From Narcine bancroftii (lineage: Eukaryota): a stretch of DNA of 64,000 nt. The position numbers and the translations under genes are program-made. Under the pieces are notes generated by a model. The model ran no database searches. It was not told where the DNA came from and saw nothing but the letters and a program-made list of their open reading frames with translations. How positions within the stretch are numbered: position 1 is the stretch's first letter; the number at the start of each line of letters is the position of its first letter. This document shows, in pieces, positions 61,862 to 64,000 of the stretch. The stretch spans positions 5,518,001 to 5,582,000 of the forward strand of contig NC_091475.1 in the NCBI RefSeq assembly GCF_036971445.1, read 5' to 3'.

Positions 61862-62936
61862 GGGCCTGAAACCTATAAATGTTATTGAAATTGCATTTGT
61901 GTGGAATGATTTGGGCCAAAATAATCTGTTGCTGAGGTAAATGCTCTACATATAATAAAGGCGGCTAACCTTTCATTCGGAATTCTGAAAACTGGCAATT
62001 TATACAAAAACTGGGAATTTTTTTCAGTAGATGACATCAAAAATGAAGCTTGGCACCAAACATGACCCAATGCGACCCCAGCTCAACTCCCATGTATCCC
62101 GTCATGTTCCACTATTTATAATCACCTCCGAATCGTCTATACTTGTGCTTTCAGTTGGCACAGCACCTCAATGGCTGTTGTCGCTACTTATACTCCCCCA
62201 TGCAGTTGAAACTCAGCGCAGGGGAACCAAGAAGAGGGCCATTCTGGTGTTGGTACAGCGGTGTGGGGGAGGGAGCGAGGAGAGAAAGGGACGGCAGCAC
62301 GACTTGTTTGGGTGAGGGGAGAGGCAGCAGTGCAATTCGGGCGGGCGAGGGGGAGAGGTGCGGCAGTGTGACTTGGTCTGGCAATGGAGGAAGACGGCAC
62401 TGCGACTCGGGCGGATGAGGAAGACAGCAGCACGACTCAGGTGGGCGAGGAAGGGGGAGAGAGAGAGGTGGTAGTGCAACTTAGGTGGGCAAGGGGTATG
62501 GATGCGACAGCGTGACTCGGGTGGGCTTAAAGGGACTGAAATCAAGATGATTCCGAACATCGGCAGGTGTCCGGTCCTGACAATCCTGGATAAAAGATTA
62601 GGCACCTGTGGTAAGTTTTGGTAGCATTCTGATTATTGCCGAGTAGAAAAACGAGACTCTGGTAAAAAGAGAAGCAAGTCTTCAAAATGGATATTACTGG
62701 AAAGGTGTCAGTAAATTAAAGCAAGAGAAAATTATTACATTTGCTTGAAATCTAAATTCAGCGATAGAAAATTATCATCGGATCAAGCAGCATCTATGAA
62801 AAATGCTAGACTGTTGATGTTTTTAATTAATTGCCTTTGTTTAGAAACAAAGAGTATGGGAGGAAAGAAGAAATGTCCTTGATTGGCAGGAATTAGGAGA
62901 TATTAAAGAAGCTATGTGCCTTTTTTCCTTGTTTAG

Positions 62937-63000
62937 AGCTGCCAAGGAGGCTAAGAAGGCCAAAGCTGCAGCAAAGAAAGTTAGTGCACCTACAACCAAG
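62937..63000 (+). CDS. RPL24: RPL24 exon 5 (64 nt); final exon lies beyond the window
   Basis: gtttag acceptor and GTAATG donor. Translation AAKEAKKAKAAAKKVSAPTTK. Confidence 0.96.
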
Positions 63001-63519
63001 GTAATGAACTCTTTTTAATTGTTTTTCTATTTGTGGAGGTGCTAATAAGAAATTCCTGACAAAATACAGAAGGGTGTTAATAATCTTGGACAATACTTGG
63101 TAAATGTGTTTTATTATACAATAATTGAGAGGTGTGATTTGATAGTAGGAATGTGATCAAATATTTGTATAAATTTTTTGAGTGGAAGAATGAAAGGTTG
63201 GGATTATAATTGCATCAAGGTTTAACAAGTAACAGGTTATTTTTTTTAAAGGCAAATAAAGCAATAATTTATTTTGCATTTGTTGAACAGTATGTAATCT
63301 TGTTTAAATTTTTTCTTGGATTGGAAAATTGGTGAGACTGGAAAAAGTGAAAAGGGTTTACTGGATAATTACCAAAATTGGGATTGTATCAGAAAAGATT
63401 TGAAAAGGGGTTGTTTTATCCAAGAGAGAAGCGGCAGCCAGTCATGAGTGCAGCGGAATAGACAAAAGATCATTTTGCTTGTGGAATTTAAATATAAAGA
63501 ATAAATAGTCATATCAAAT

Positions 63520-64000
63520 TTGGAACACTACAGCACAGTATAGGTCCACTATAGGTATACCAACCTATTCAACCAATTAAACCTTTCTGATCTCTTGCCG
63601 CTTTTTTTTCTTGCATTCATGTGCCTGTCTAGGAGGCTTTTAATGTTCCTATTGTACCAGCCTCCACACACCCCCCCACCAACTCCAGCAATGAATTTTA
63701 GGCACCCACTGCACTGGCGTGTGTATCCCTTAAACCTTCCTCCCCCTTACCTTGTGCAGATGTCCTCTGGTGTTTGCTAGTCTAGGCCTGGGAAAATGGT
63801 GCTGGCTGTCCACCATTTCTGTGCCTCTCATTTATATTGTATACCTCTAAGTTATCTCTCATCCTTCTTCGCTCCAAAGAGAAACCCCTAAACTCTGTTA
63901 ATCTTGCCTCATAAGACTCCTCAAATCCAAGCAACATCAGGGTAAATCTCTGCACCTTCTCCATAGCTTCCATATCCTTCTTGAGGTGATGCGACCAGAA
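63520..64000 (-). mobile_element. CR1-clade LINE 3' end
   Basis: Motif EAMEKVQRFT.ML.G....SYEARL...FSLERRRMRDNLEVY. Confidence 0.75.

Noticed and set aside
62040-62610. GC-rich purine-biased segment with several ORFs in RPL24 intron 4
   Set aside because: Looks like a low-complexity repeat or MITE interior. I could not define both termini or any coding signal.

Overview
Eukaryotic (vertebrate) genomic DNA, most likely from a cartilaginous fish, judging by the HE1-like SINEs, CR1, Rex1/Babar and Penelope-like repeats. It holds three spliced genes that I reconstructed by hand from GT-AG boundaries and reading phase. NXPE3 (minus strand) has 5 coding exons at 1167-18891 and encodes about 577 aa, with a CpG-island promoter near 24.6-25.0 kb. 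CEP97 (minus) has 11 exons at 26838-53175 and encodes about 833 aa. RPL24 (plus) has exons 1-5 at 53716-63000, and its last exon lies beyond the window. CEP97 and RPL24 are head-to-head across a ~540-bp interval that is mostly a 32-bp pyrimidine minisatellite. The introns are full of Gypsy LTR elements, RTE/CR1/Rex1/L1 LINEs, Penelope remnants, hAT/Chapaev/Tc1-type DNA transposon remnants and minisatellites. Best leads: (1) three different Gypsy elements lack a tRNA primer-binding site and instead carry a sequence complementary to their own LTR, suggesting self-priming; (2) a candidate poison cassette exon in RPL24 whose stop codon forms only at the splice junction; (3) minimal hammerhead-ribozyme motifs in short Penelope-derived insertions with target-site duplications (TSDs); (4) several locally copied segments around CEP97 exons 6-7. 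Most short ORFs in the supplied track are spurious or repeat-derived. Repeat family names come from motif recognition, not a database search.
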